Notes under the pieces: model-generated
What the model was told of the DNA's origin: nothing
Databases searched by the model: none
What the model saw: the letters and a program-made list of their open reading frames with translations, nothing else
Position numbers and translations under genes: made by a program
In this document: positions 1-11,689 of the stretch, one piece after another
Layout of the letters: each line of letters starts with the position of its first letter
Position numbering within the stretch: the stretch's first letter is position 1
Source: Octopus sinensis
Taxonomy: Eukaryota
Direction of reading: 5' to 3'
Assembly (NCBI RefSeq): GCF_006345805.1
Contig: NC_043002.1
Location: forward strand, 52,142,001-52,206,000
Length of the DNA: 64,000 nucleotides

Positions 1-34
1 TTACCCGGTGCTTCGTTTCTACATGAGAATCTCT

Positions 35-165
<131 letters not shown>

Positions 166-436
166 TTTTTTTTTTTTTAAAGAGCAAACACAAATGAATA
201 GTGAGCAGGAACAGATATTCGCGAATGTGATTAGAAACAGAGTAATGTCAATACTAGAGTAGTTTGTTTCTCTTTTGAATGTTGTCCCCTCTAGTTTGTA
301 TACTCAAATACACACACATACACTCAAACACACACACACACACAGAAGTATATATATATATGACATATTTCGCCCTAAGCATGCTAGTTATATATATATA
401 TATATATATATATATAATGTGTGTGTGTGTGTGTTG

Positions 437-470
<34 letters not shown>

Positions 471-690
471 TGTATATGTGTGTGTGTGTGTGTAGGTATA
501 TATATGCACCTCCCCACACACTATCTCTCCACTTGTAAATTCTTCCTGTCTTGAAATGCTGATAATATTTTCAGTCTCACATTCTTTCTTCTCGACCAAT
601 TTTCTGCATCTGACTATCCAGCACCACCGCCACCTCTACCACCACCACCACCACCACCACCACCACCACCACCACCACCACCACCACCAC

Positions 691-727
<37 letters not shown>

Positions 728-769
728 ACTACTACTACGTACTATATTCTTTTATTCTTTATTTATTCT

Positions 770-812
<43 letters not shown>

Positions 813-839
813 TATATTTATGTACGTGTGTATTTGTAT

Positions 840-1035
840 CTGTGTTTGTCCCCCACCATCGCTTGACAACCGATGTTGGTGTGTTTATGTCCCCGAAACT
901 TAGCGGTTCGGCAAAAGAGACCGATAGAATAAGTACTAGGCTTACAAAAAAAAAAGTCGTGTGGACGATTTGTTCGACGAAAGACGATGCTCCAGCATGA
1001 CCACAGTCAAATGACTGAATCATATAAAAGAGTAA
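840..1035 (+). mobile_element. SINE family A, 3' half
   Basis: gtttgtcccccaccatcgcttgacaaccgatgttggtgtgttt...cagcatgaccacagtcaaatgactga recurs in more than 10 copies in the window. Confidence 0.85.
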
Positions 1036-1057
1036 AGGGTATATATATATATGTATA

Positions 1058-2400
1058 CAATAGTGGCCAAAATTAGAAGACAAAAATAAAGATATTTACA
1101 TTTCTACTTCATTTTTCTGGATGGGATTTTTACTGTATATACTTTAAAACATGTTCCTTCCTTACAATAAATTTTGTTGGAAGTGATTAATAACTTGATA
1201 ATTTATCATAGAAAAAAAAAAAAACGTTTACTTGAAAAATACACGACGAACAAAATTAGAAAATACATGACGTAAAATTCAAGAAATCAAAATTTTGCCA
1301 GAAATTTTTACAATCTACATCAACACATTTATAAGATGTGTACATTCTTTACTTTTAATGACTTCAGCATATCTCCATCCACAGGATTTGACCAATTTCT
1401 CACATTATTCTGACGTAATTTTATTCCATCCTTCCTGAAGTTTTTCCCACAGAATCGTGACATTCAAGGTCACTGCTCTCTGATCTTGAAACCAAGTATC
1501 TTTCATTAGCTTTCAATGCGATTAAGGTCAGCGCTCTGAGCTGGCCAACGCTTCACAGTAAGGCTTTCAGCTTTAAACACCTTAACTATTTCAGCACTGT
1601 AGCATGGTGCACCTTACTCTGCATAAAGATTGGCTTACGAGTTGGCACAACATGCTGCAGAACGATGTTTTTGTATATGGCTGCATTCACATTACCATGG
1701 ATTCGGATCAAGGGCCCAACACATGTTGCAGAAATCATTCCCCGCACCATTAAACCCCCACCTCCAAACTTCACTGATTTCTTCACGCATTTAGGGAGCA
1801 ATCTTCCACTTTTACGACATTTCACATATTGTCTACCGTCGGAGCCAATCAAATTGAACTTGCCTTCTTTCCTGAAGAACACACGCGATCAGTTGTCGTC
1901 CGTCCAATATACGTGCTCATGGGCTTGCTTTTCGGGTCTTCATACTGATGAGAGGTTTAGTGGCTGAGGAATAGGCATGAAATCCGATTTCCTTTAAATG
2001 ACCAGCCACAGTCTTCTGAGACACATTCATTCCGTAATCACTGTTTACTTGACAAGAAATTCCTGCAGGGGTATTGAAACGGTCTCAACGACAGCCTTTG
2101 AATCACACGGTCTGACCGAACACTTGTTTTCCGTGATCTCCCTCGTTTTTTTTTTTAATGACACAACTGAGCTTGTTTCTTCATAAATCTTGGATATTCT
2201 TGAAACAACACTGTTCGATCAGTTAATGTCTCTGGCGATAACAGAAATTGTCATTCCTTCTTTTTTCCATGTAACCACTCGCTTCCTGAGGCTTTCAACA
2301 ACTTTACTTTAACTTTCCATGATTGTTAATTCACTAGTGTTCAACATAACTCTCCGCACTGTTAGATTGGAGTGTTGCCAGATTTTATTTTTTCCTTCTA
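1058..2400 (-). mobile_element. Decayed Tc1-type DNA transposon (transposase pseudogene)
   Basis: TA|CAATAGTGGCCAAAATT TIR-like end. Minus-strand frames give a Tc1-like HTH (LRKRVVTWKKEGMTISVIARDI), the catalytic segment KFNLIGSDGRQYV...VKFGGGGLMVRG and a C-terminal LVKSCGWRYAEVIKSK, with stops and frameshifts. Confidence 0.85.
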
Positions 2401-2459
2401 CTTTTTTTTCCTCCAAGCAATTATGACAGCGAAAGATGATTAGGTCATTTTTATCTAAT

Positions 2460-2610
2460 GTCGGCTTCTATCAATCTCTGTCTACCAAATCCACTCACAA
2501 AGTTTTGGTTAGCACGGAGCTATAATAGAAGGGTACTTTGCAGTGGGACTGAACCCAAGACCATATGGTTAGGAAGCAAGTTTCTCAACCACAGAGCAAC
2601 GCCTGCGCCT
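2460..2610 (-). mobile_element. SINE family A, 5' half
   Basis: Reverse complement of the tRNA-like head (ggcgcaggcgttgctctgtggttgagaaacttgc...ggttcagtccc). Confidence 0.75.
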
Positions 2611-2762
2611 ACCAATAAAAATCCTATTTCCGACGAAACCGTTCAGAGAGAAAAATAGATAAATTAAAACGGGATGGTCTCGGCTGGAATGCATTTAATC
2701 ATAGGACTCTTCTCATACAGAGATCCAAACAACAACAGCAGCGGAAACGACAATAACTGCTG

Positions 2763-2841
<79 letters not shown>

Positions 2842-2930
2842 ATATACCCCACCCTCCCGCGCCGTCATTCATTTTTCCAGTTCACTTATCATTAATCTTG
2901 TTTCATCAATGCTCTTGTTTTTACATTCAT

Positions 2931-2962
<32 letters not shown>

Positions 2963-2964
2963 TC

Positions 2965-3353
2965 GTTTGCTTGTTTCAGTCATTTGACAGCGGCCATGCT
3001 GGAGCATCGCCTTCCATTCGAAGAAATGGCAACAGGACTTATTCTTTGCAAGCCCGTTACTTATTCTATTGCTATGTGTTGCCGAACCGCTAAGTTACGG
3101 GGACGTAAACACACCGACATCGGTTGTAAAGCGATGGAGGAGGGACAAACACAGATACAAATACATACATACATTCGTATATATATATATATACAACCGG
3201 CTTCTTTCAATTTCCGTCAACCAAATCCACTCACAAGGCTTTGGTCAGCCCGGGCCTATAGCAGAAGACACTTGCCTAGGGTGCCCCACGCAATGGGACT
3301 GAACCTGGAACCATGTGGTTGGGAAGCAAGCTACTTACCACACAGCCACGCCT
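2965..3353 (-). mobile_element. SINE family A, full length
   Basis: tRNA-like head with A/B-box-like motifs, internal (TA)/(TG) tract and LINE-like 3' stem-loop tail. Confidence 0.85.
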
Positions 3354-3537
3354 CTCATTCTTTTATCTGTTCCTCCGCCCCTTGCACGTGCACTCTTATT
3401 TTCTCTCTCCCAATATCAGTCTGTCTCTCTGTCTGTTTGTCTCTCTCTCTCTCTGCTGTTTCTCTCTCTTTCCTAGTCTTCCTTTCTCTGCCTTTCCGTT
3501 TACATCCTGTATTATGGAATTTTCATTATGATTCTTG

Positions 3538-3585
<48 letters not shown>

Positions 3586-4107
3586 GTGTGAGTAGACACA
3601 CGTATGTACATACACATGCATGCATACATACACATGTAGGCATGTGCATGTATGCATGCAAGTATGTATGTATGTATGTATGTATGTATGTATCTATGAA
3701 TGTATGCATATACGTATGTACGTTACACACATACACACGCACGCGCACACATTAGACAAAAGTTATCTGCAATCGTCACGCGAGCACGTACACATGCGCA
3801 CTATTTCACATAGTCAGACATACACTTTCATGCATCTCTCTCTTTCTCTCTCCGTGTCTCTCTCTCTCTCCTTTCTCTCTCTCTCATTCTATCGCTCTCC
3901 GTCTCATTTCTCACTCATTCAGATATGTCTTTCACCTACCTTACTCTCTTATTCTTTTTGTGTTAGTTTCACTATTTCTGCATACTTTACTCCGTCTCCT
4001 CATTAAGTCGAGCTAAAGACAAAGCCTCTATATAGTCTCTCGAGCTATTAAAAGTAGCAGTCAAATCATCCTCAGACCATACATACATACATACATACAT
4101 ACATACA

Positions 4108-4119
<12 letters not shown>

Positions 4120-4138
<19 letters not shown>

Positions 4139-4685
4139 TGGCGTGGTTGTGTTGTAAGAAGTTTGTTTCTCAACCACATGGTTCCGAGTTCAGTCGGAAG
4201 TGACAAGCAAAATCTGTAACAAGTCTTTCTTTCTGATAACTTAGTAGCTTCTAAGTGGAAGGAAGGGCAACAATGTCCTTTGTCTATCTCCTTAACTTCT
4301 TGGAGATTTTAGGCAGAATTATACTAATGGGTCCATCTGCTTTAATTAAATTAAAATTCTATGTCTTGTGCAGCTGAGGATTGCCCACATTTAAATTGAT
4401 GTAATGGTTGCATTGTTAATTAAATGCAGTTACGTTGAACGATCGCACTGCATTACCTCTGGATATCCTTATTGCTTATTTTGAGACTCTAAACACCATA
4501 TTTTGAAATTGTATGGATTATACCGTACTAAATTCTGGTGCCTCAACTTAAGTACCATATTCAACTGAATCTAAATTTTTGCTATATATATACATACACA
4601 CGCACACACATATACACACACATACACACACACACATACACACACATACACACACACATACACACACAATACACACACACACACA

Positions 4686-4718
<33 letters not shown>

Positions 4719-4766
4719 GAGTATTTCATATGCTGGTGACTGATAAAATTTTTAATAAAATTTTAT

Positions 4767-4804
<38 letters not shown>

Positions 4805-4859
4805 GGATAAAATTTTATTAAAAATTTTATCAGTCACCAGCATATGAAAATACCTCTGC

Positions 4860-4902
<43 letters not shown>

Positions 4903-5430
4903 TGTATGTGTGTGTGTATGTGTGTGTATATATGTGTGTGTGTGTATGTATATATACAGCAAAAATTTAGATTCAGTTGAATATGGTACTTAAGTTGAGG
5001 CACCAGAATTTAGTACGGTATAATCCATACAATTTCAAAATATGGTGTTTAGAGTCAAAATAAGCAATAAGGATATCCAGAGGTAATGCAGTGCGATCGT
5101 TTCACGTAACTGCATTTAATTTAACAATGCAACCATTACATCAATTTAAATGTAGGGCAATCCTCAGCTGCACAAAGACATAGAATTTAATTTAATTAAA
5201 GCAGATGGACCCATTAGTATAATTTTGCCTAAAATCTCCAAGAAGTTAAGGAGATAGACAAAGGACATTGTTGCCCTTCCTTCCACTTAGAAGCTACTAA
5301 GTTATCAGAAAGAAAGACTTGTTACAGATTTTGCTTGTCACTTCCGACTGAACTCGGAACCATGTGGTTGAGAAACAAACTTCTTACAACACAACCACGC
5401 CAATATGTAAGTATGTATGTATGTATGTAT
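4120..5430. repeat. ~650-bp-arm inverted repeat centred on (TA)n; contains a SINE head and a PLE-like segment
   Basis: 4138-4770 is the near-exact reverse complement of 4800-5405, with (TA)n at 4770-4800. Segment 4715-4770 recurs in direct orientation at 5467-5525. Confidence 0.9.
5087..5172 (-). ncRNA. Hammerhead-like motif (mirror copy on + strand at 4369-4452), probably inactive
   Basis: tgcag-CTGAGGA-(long stem II)-GAAAC-GATC-GCA-ctgca. Stem I is tgcag/ctgca, but the cleavage triplet reads GCA rather than GTH. Confidence 0.55.
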
Positions 5431-5440
5431 GAATGTACAT

Positions 5441-5471
<31 letters not shown>

Positions 5472-5523
5472 GAGGTATTTTCATATGCTGGTGACTGATA
5501 AAATCTTTAATAAAATTTTATCC

Positions 5524-5569
<46 letters not shown>

Positions 5570-5589
5570 GTGAGTATGTGTGTGTGTGT

Positions 5590-5772
5590 CCCTTTGTGTA
5601 TGTGCTTGTCCACCACCACCACCACCACCACCACCTCTTGACAACCGGTGTTGGTATATTTTTGTCTTCGTAACTTAGTCCTTCAGTAAAAGAGACCGAT
5701 AGAATAAGAACCAAGCTTTACTGGAAGCGATTCGCGCGAGCACAGTCTAAGGACTGAAACAAGTAAAAGATA
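5590..5772 (+). mobile_element. SINE family A, 3' half
   Basis: cttgacaaccggtgttggt...gagaccgatagaataag...cagtctaaggactgaaacaagtaaaaga. Confidence 0.7.
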
Positions 5773-7134
5773 CATGTTATGTGTATGTGTGTATGCGCGC
5801 ACGCGCGCGCGTGTATGTGTGTGTGTGTGTGTGTGTGTCTGTGTTTGTATACGTGTGTGTGTATGTATATATTTATGTTTCAGAAGTAGTGCAAAAGAAA
5901 AGACAATATCGACTGCATGATGTTTTATATGACCAAATCAGAGGTATCCATCAAAGGGTTATTACCTCTATTGATTGCATCTTTTTTTCTGGAACATTGC
6001 AGCAATGAGGAAATAGCTATGGCAGAGATTTCAACAGTTTCGATTCATTGGCAACCTACCAAGTTCTCCTCACTGTACCCCACGACACAAGCATATATAT
6101 ACACACGTACCCCACACGTCATACAGACGCATAAATATACATTAATAACCGTACATTTGTCAAAAATACTTCGGTTTTAAAATGTACAACCAACTCACCA
6201 ACAAGAAACAAAATAAGCGTATATACGTATTCGGACACACTCGGTTTCACATACACCATCACGCACATAATCATATGTACACGCACACACACACACACGC
6301 GCACACACACATCTAATCACAAACGCAATCTCAAACATATACGCAAACACTGGCACATATGCAGGGAAGAGTAAGGAGTGCTAGAGAGAGAGAGAGAAGG
6401 GGGAGAAAAAGAGAGTGAAGAGAGAGGTTAAGAAGGAGAGAAAGAGATTCTTTCACACGACTGGTAAACACATTCACACTTTAATTGGTCATTTTTTGGA
6501 GTGAAAACAAAACGACACGCTTCATTTGAATTGTCTAAAATTGACTTGATAAAATATGCAAAATTTCCCCCCAAATTCATTATTTAAATGAAGCTATTTG
6601 AAATAACAATAAAAGTGCTAACTTCAATCATACAAATTAACATTGGTGATTGCATACAATTAAATAAAGATTGCTAGTTTAGACCTAACAAGGTCATATA
6701 TTTGGAAGAGGGGAGAGGTTTTCGATTATATCGAATTAAATACTTAACCGCTATTTACTTTATCGACCCCGAAAAAGAACAAAAGAACAACATCTAAACA
6801 AAAAAATGAGAATGAAATCAATCTTAGTTTCAGCTTCCATTCACTTCTAGAACGCTTTCCAGAGCCTTCGTATATTCCATGACAGCATCGTTCTTCTCCT
6901 AGAAAGTCACACTTCAAGGCGTAGGGCTGGGCAATGTCTTATTTAAAAGAAAACCAGGACTTCGCTTAATAGGTGTGCACACTGACATCTCAAAAGTATG
7001 CAAACAAGGAAGACAGGAGAATTGGTCGAAAAACTGGTTTCCTTGTAGCTGCTCGAGTATAGTAGCCAGGTTGAAGATACCTCACAACTCATTTGGAGTT
7101 GCTCTGCAACATCAGCTGCCTTACAAGGTGGTGG

Positions 7135-7436
7135 AGGCACATGGCCTAGTGGTTAGAGCAGCGGACTCGCGGTTGAGGGATCGCAGGGTTCGAATCTCAG
7201 ACCGGGCGGTGTGTGTGTTTATGAGCGAAACACCTAAGTTCCACGCGGCTCCAGCAGAAGGTAATGGCGAACTTCTGCTGACTCTTTCGCCACAACTTTC
7301 TCTCACTCTTACCTCTTGCATCTTGCAGCTCACCTGCGACGGACCGGCGTCCAGTCCAGGTGGGGAACCTATACGCCAGGGAAACCGGGTATCCGGCCCT
7401 TATGAGCCAGGCGTGACTCGAGAAGGAACAAACATA
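7135..7436 (+). mobile_element. tRNA-derived SINE family C with target-site duplication
   Basis: Head ggcacatggcctagtggttagagcagcggactcgcgg...ggttcgaatctc. TTACAAGGTGGTGG is duplicated at 7121-7134 and 7437-7450. Confidence 0.85.
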
Positions 7437-7542
7437 TTACAAGGTGGTGGTGGTGGTGGGTTATTTTCAAGATACTGTGAAGTATGATTGTACCCGAGAA
7501 CATACAACCACACCTACGTCTATATAATATTTACATGCACGA

Positions 7543-7940
7543 AGGCGGCGAGCTGGCAGAAACGTTAGCACGCCGGACGAAATGCTTAGCGGTATTTCGT
7601 CTGCCGCTACGTTCTGAGTTCAAATTCCGCCGAGGTCGACTTTGTCTTTCATCCTTTCGGGGTCGATTAAATAAGTACCAGTTATGCACTGGAGCCGATA
7701 TAATCGAATTAATCCGTTTGTCTGTCCTTGTTTGTCCTCTGTGTTTAGCCCCTTGTGGGTAGTAAAGAAATAGGTATTACGTCTGTCTTTACGTTCTGAG
7801 TTCAAATTCCGCCGAGGTCGACTTTGCTTTTCATCATTTCGGGATCGATAAATTAAGAACTAGTTACATATTGGGGTCGATCTAATCGGCTGGCCCCCTC
7901 CCCCAAAATTTCGGGCCTTGTGCCTTGAGTAGAAAAGAAT
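7543..7940 (+). mobile_element. SINE family B (Meta-domain-like), partially dimeric
   Basis: ggcggcgagctggcagaaacgttagc...gagttcaaattcc head. Central gtcgactttgcctttcatcctttcggggtcgataaattaagtacc-type motif is present twice. Confidence 0.85.
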
Positions 7941-8122
7941 ATTTACATGTACGAATAGGTTAGTTTTGCCGAGTGGGGAAGATGTTCACTTCGCAATCAT
8001 GCAGTTCCCGGTTCGATCTTGTGGCGTCTTAGGTAAGATTTTTCCATAGCTGTCGGGCCGATCCATAGTTTGTAAGTTAAACTGAATAGACGGAAGTTGT
8101 GCAAGAACTATATATATATATG

Positions 8123-8227
<105 letters not shown>

Positions 8228-8244
8228 GTAATATATATGTATAT

Positions 8245-8276
<32 letters not shown>

Positions 8277-8375
8277 CAACAATTGAGGGTAAAATTAATT
8301 AGTTATTAATCAATTTCACCAAGTATTCAGTATGTAAAAGGACCATTTAGTGCTTCCAATCCAAAATAAGAAATG

Positions 8376-8435
8376 TTGAGCTGACGAAAGAAATGCTGAG
8401 TTTATTTGCTAATCTAGAAACGTTAACGTTCTCAA
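8376..8435 (+). ncRNA. Type I hammerhead ribozyme motif, copy 1
   Basis: ttgag-CTGACGA-...-GAAAC-GTTAAC-GTT-ctcaa. Stem I is ttgag/ctcaa, stem III is palindromic, stem II is weak. Confidence 0.65.
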
Positions 8436-8935
8436 ATAATCTTTGTACTTGTGATATTTTTCTGTTTTTACCTCCATACCTTCGTGAGTTATTTTGAGTA
8501 AACATTATCTGAGAGAAATTTTCTTAAGTAGTGGAAATGGCAAAAACCTTTTTTTTTGGCTGCTATTTCTAGCAAGTTCAGTATGTGGCAAAGTAATTTA
8601 TTTTACTAAGCCCTAATTATATAAGTAATATTTTGAATTCGCCTTAAATGGTCCTTTTACATACTGAATACTTGGTGAAATTGATTAATAACTAATTAAT
8701 TTTACCCAATTGTTGATATTATAATTCATTTCTCTCTGTCATATTGCCTCGGTTCTCACCGTTAAAATATAATGTTTGCCAGATAACCCACGTGGTGGAA
8801 GGGGAGAGCAGGGAATCTTCGCTTGCACATTTTGAATTTGTTGGTACTGGCAGTCTGAACGGGTCATCTGAGGTGATAAGTCGCCAAAGGGTATGTTCTT
8901 TCTTTTTAGTGCTTCCAAATCCAAAATAAGAAATG

Positions 8936-8996
8936 TTGAGCTGACGAAAGAAATGCTGAGTTTATTTGGCTAATCTAGAAACGTTAACGTTCTCAA
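8936..8996 (+). ncRNA. Type I hammerhead ribozyme motif, copy 2
   Basis: Same motif as 8376-8435, in the second direct repeat. Confidence 0.65.
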
Positions 8997-9229
8997 ATAA
9001 TCTTTGTACTTGTGATATTTTTCTGTTTTTACCTCCATACCTTCGTGAGTTATTTTGAGTAAACATTATCTGAGAGAAATTTTCTTTAAGTAGTGGAAAT
9101 GGCAAAAAAACCTTTTTTTGGCTGCTATTTCTAGCAAGTTCAGTATGTGGCAAAGTAATTTATTTTACTAAGCCCTAATTATATAATGTAAAATTATTAT
9201 ATAATATATATATATATTATAATATAATA

Positions 9230-9441
9230 TAGTTAATCCAAACATGAAAACACAAAAAAACACAACAACGCGAGGCCGTGGAACAAATATAGTATTATTG
9301 GACGCTCAGGAAAGAAGGAAAGAAGGAGGGTTTAACTTTTCGAGCGGAGCTCTTCGTCGGAAACATAGGAGAAGGAAAGATCCAGAGAAGGGAAGACAGA
9401 GGAAAAAAATCGCCAACGGTACGCACGCGTTCACATTTTGA
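9230..9441 (-). mobile_element. Short PLE-terminus-like element with a degenerate minimal hammerhead (9330-9364)
   Basis: Reverse complement reads gttt-CCGACGA-a-gagc-tcc-gctc-GAAAAGTT-aaac. Homologous to 10045-10252 and ends in (TA)n. Confidence 0.65.
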
Positions 9442-9453
9442 ATATATATATAT

Positions 9454-9590
9454 TGGGGGAGGGGGCCAGTCGATTAGATCGACCCCAGTATGTAACTAGT
9501 TCTTAATTTATCGATCCCGAAATGATGAAAAGCAAAGTCGACCTCGGCGGAATTTGAACTCAGAACGTAAAGACAGACGTAATACCTATT
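9454..9590 (-). repeat. Inverted local copy of SINE-B segment 7770-7905
   Basis: Shares apparently copy-specific variants (gcttttcatcatttcgggatcg, aagaactag) with 7770-7905. Confidence 0.85.
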
Positions 9591-9654
9591 GGCTGAACTG
9601 GCAATATGACCATTCCGAAATATAACAATATATATATATATATATATATATATG

Positions 9655-9840
9655 ATTTATCGCTAACTTCAAAATTCTCTTTAGTCTCTCTGTGTTTATA
9701 TTCTCATGTTCCTTTCTGTTGAAGAGCGTAGGCTCGAAACTTTAAAGACTTTCTCAACTTTCCGAGCGTTAAACTAATGCACCTGTTTGTTGTTTATACA
9801 TCTGTCTCCATCTTTTGTTTTTCTATTAATTTCAACAATA
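9655..9840 (+). mobile_element. Short PLE-terminus-like element with variant hammerhead (9712-9747)
   Basis: cttt-CTGTTGA-a-gagc-gtag-gctc-GAAAC-TTT-aaag. Flanked by (TA)n; homologous to 53645-53815 and 21760-21840. Confidence 0.65.
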
Positions 9841-10109
9841 TATATATATATATACATAGGTATATATAAATGTGTGTGTATGTGTGTGTGTGTGTTCCCC
9901 CATCGCTTGACAAGAATAAGTCCTGGAGTCAATTTCTTCGACTAAAACCCATTATGGTGGTGGTCCAGCATGGTCGCAGTCAATCGACTGAAACAAGTAA
10001 AAGAATAAAAGAATATTTATATGCATATATGTGTGTATAATCACATGTGGATCGTTCGCGATTTTTTTCCTCCATCTTCCTTTTTCTCTTGGACATTACT
10101 CTGTCTCCT

Positions 10110-10145
10110 GTTTCTGAAGAAGAGCTTTTGCTCGAAACGTAAAAC
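10110..10145 (+). ncRNA. Minimal hammerhead ribozyme motif (within element 10045-10252)
   Basis: gttt-CTGAAGA-a-GAGC-tttt-GCTC-GAAAC-GTA-aaac: complete core, stems I and II, and a loopless palindromic ACGT stem III. Confidence 0.75.
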
Positions 10146-10343
10146 TACCTTTCTTTCCTTCTCTGTGCGCGTGTTAATACTGTGCAAGTACTACGTCCTC
10201 GCGTTGTTATTCTTTTCTTGTGTTTTTTCTTCCTGTTTTTTTTTTATTAACTATGTATGTATGTATGTAGTATGTATGTATGTATGTATGTATGTATGTA
10301 TGTATGTTGTATGTATGTATGTATGTATGTATACATGCATGCA

Positions 10344-10568
10344 TGAGGGGGCGCTGAAAAGTTCCTGGCTTTGAGTTAAAGAAAATACTGGAAGATCAGG
10401 TAATTATGATTTTATTTAACACGTTCCCCTCTCAGATTCACACACTTATTGCTGCGGTCCTTCAGTTTTTCTAAACACTGCGAAAAAAAAAAAAGACTCA
10501 GGAGGTTGGGCTTCCAAACAGGCCTTTCACGACACCCTTAAAGTCAGGAACTTTTCAGCACCACCTCG
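10344..10568. mobile_element. Mariner-type MITE
   Basis: TIRs tgagggggcgctgaaaagttcctggcttt / aaagtcaggaacttttcagcaccacctcg|ta, inserted in (TATG)n. Confidence 0.85.
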
Positions 10569-10644
10569 TATGTATGTATGTATGTATGTATGTATGTATG
10601 TATGTATGTATGTATGTATGTATGTATGTATGTATGTATGTATG

Positions 10645-11007
10645 CAATGTCTGTGCAAGACCCTGCTTCAGTAAAGCTGGACTCAAGAGTCATCTTCGTA
10701 GTCATAAAACGAGATAGATGAGTGACAACCTGGCCACTGGTGGTGGTGTAACACACCATACTAATCATATCTGTCGGGCATGTGGAAGAGTGTAATTCGG
10801 CAGGAGAACTTAAACGACATGCAAAGGTACATGAAGCCCAGTTACAACTACAGTCGGCTATTACCAGTTAAGGTTTTGGTTGCCAATTTTGAACAAGACT
10901 TTGTAGATCTTTAGCTGGGCTAAAAAGTCACAGTCGATCACAGCACCAGTAACAGTTAAGCTTCGTGCAATGGTCATACTCGATAACGAGGGGGCAGCCA
11001 TAATAAC
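10645..11007 (+). mobile_element. RTE-type LINE 3' end with C2H2 zinc-finger remnants
   Basis: PCFSKAGLKSHLRSHK, CRACGRV..SAGELKRHAKVH and CRSLAGLKSHSRSQH. The terminus gcaatggtcatactcgataacgagggggcagcc is shared with 41065-41112. Confidence 0.7.
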
Positions 11008-11084
11008 GTATGTATGTATGTATGTATGTATGTATGTATGTATGTATGTATGTATGTATGTATGTATGTATGTATGTATGTATG

Positions 11085-11131
<47 letters not shown>

Positions 11132-11689
11132 ATATCTATCTATCTATCTTTCTGTTGTCGTATTAACTGGAAAATAGAACTTAAAACAAGAGTATGTATA
11201 TTTTTGTATTAATCGGTACAAGTTACAGTTTCGTTCGTGCGTTAGCACATATCAAAGATTCATGCACACACATTCACGCGCAAATATACGCGTTCACACA
11301 TGTATTTTTGTATGTATGTATGTATGTATGTATGTATGTATGTATGTATGTATGTATGTATGTATGTATGTATGTATGTACGTATGTATGTATGTATGTA
11401 TGTGTATGAGTATGTCTATGTGTGTGTGTGTGTGTGTGTTTGCGCGCGCGCGCGTTCTTGAATACGTGCGCGTTTTTACATATTTGAAAACCCTCCCCCT
11501 CCCCTCATTGCACAGAAAATTACAAAACAAACAATAACAGTGAAAACAAATGTCTTATATTAAGCGAACAGGAATTTATGGACAGAAATATGAGACGAAA
11601 TTATAATTAAATGTTTATAGATTGATGTTTATTCAAACATGGATTTACCGAGTTGGACGAAGCTAAGCGTGTAGACACGTCTGCTCATA

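Larger units (their letters stand above)
8272..9185 (+). mobile_element. Non-coding PLE-like/retrozyme-like unit: two ~280-bp direct repeats plus a ~73-bp inverted repeat, flanked by (TA)n
   Basis: 8345-8625 matches 8905-9185 in direct orientation; 8272-8348 is the reverse complement of 8645-8718. Each direct repeat contains a hammerhead core. Confidence 0.75.

Noticed and set aside
7135-7205. tRNA genes (also 30520-30590 and 47290-47345)
   Set aside because: The tRNA-like heads continue into SINE bodies, with no intact cloverleaf or terminator; one copy has a TSD.
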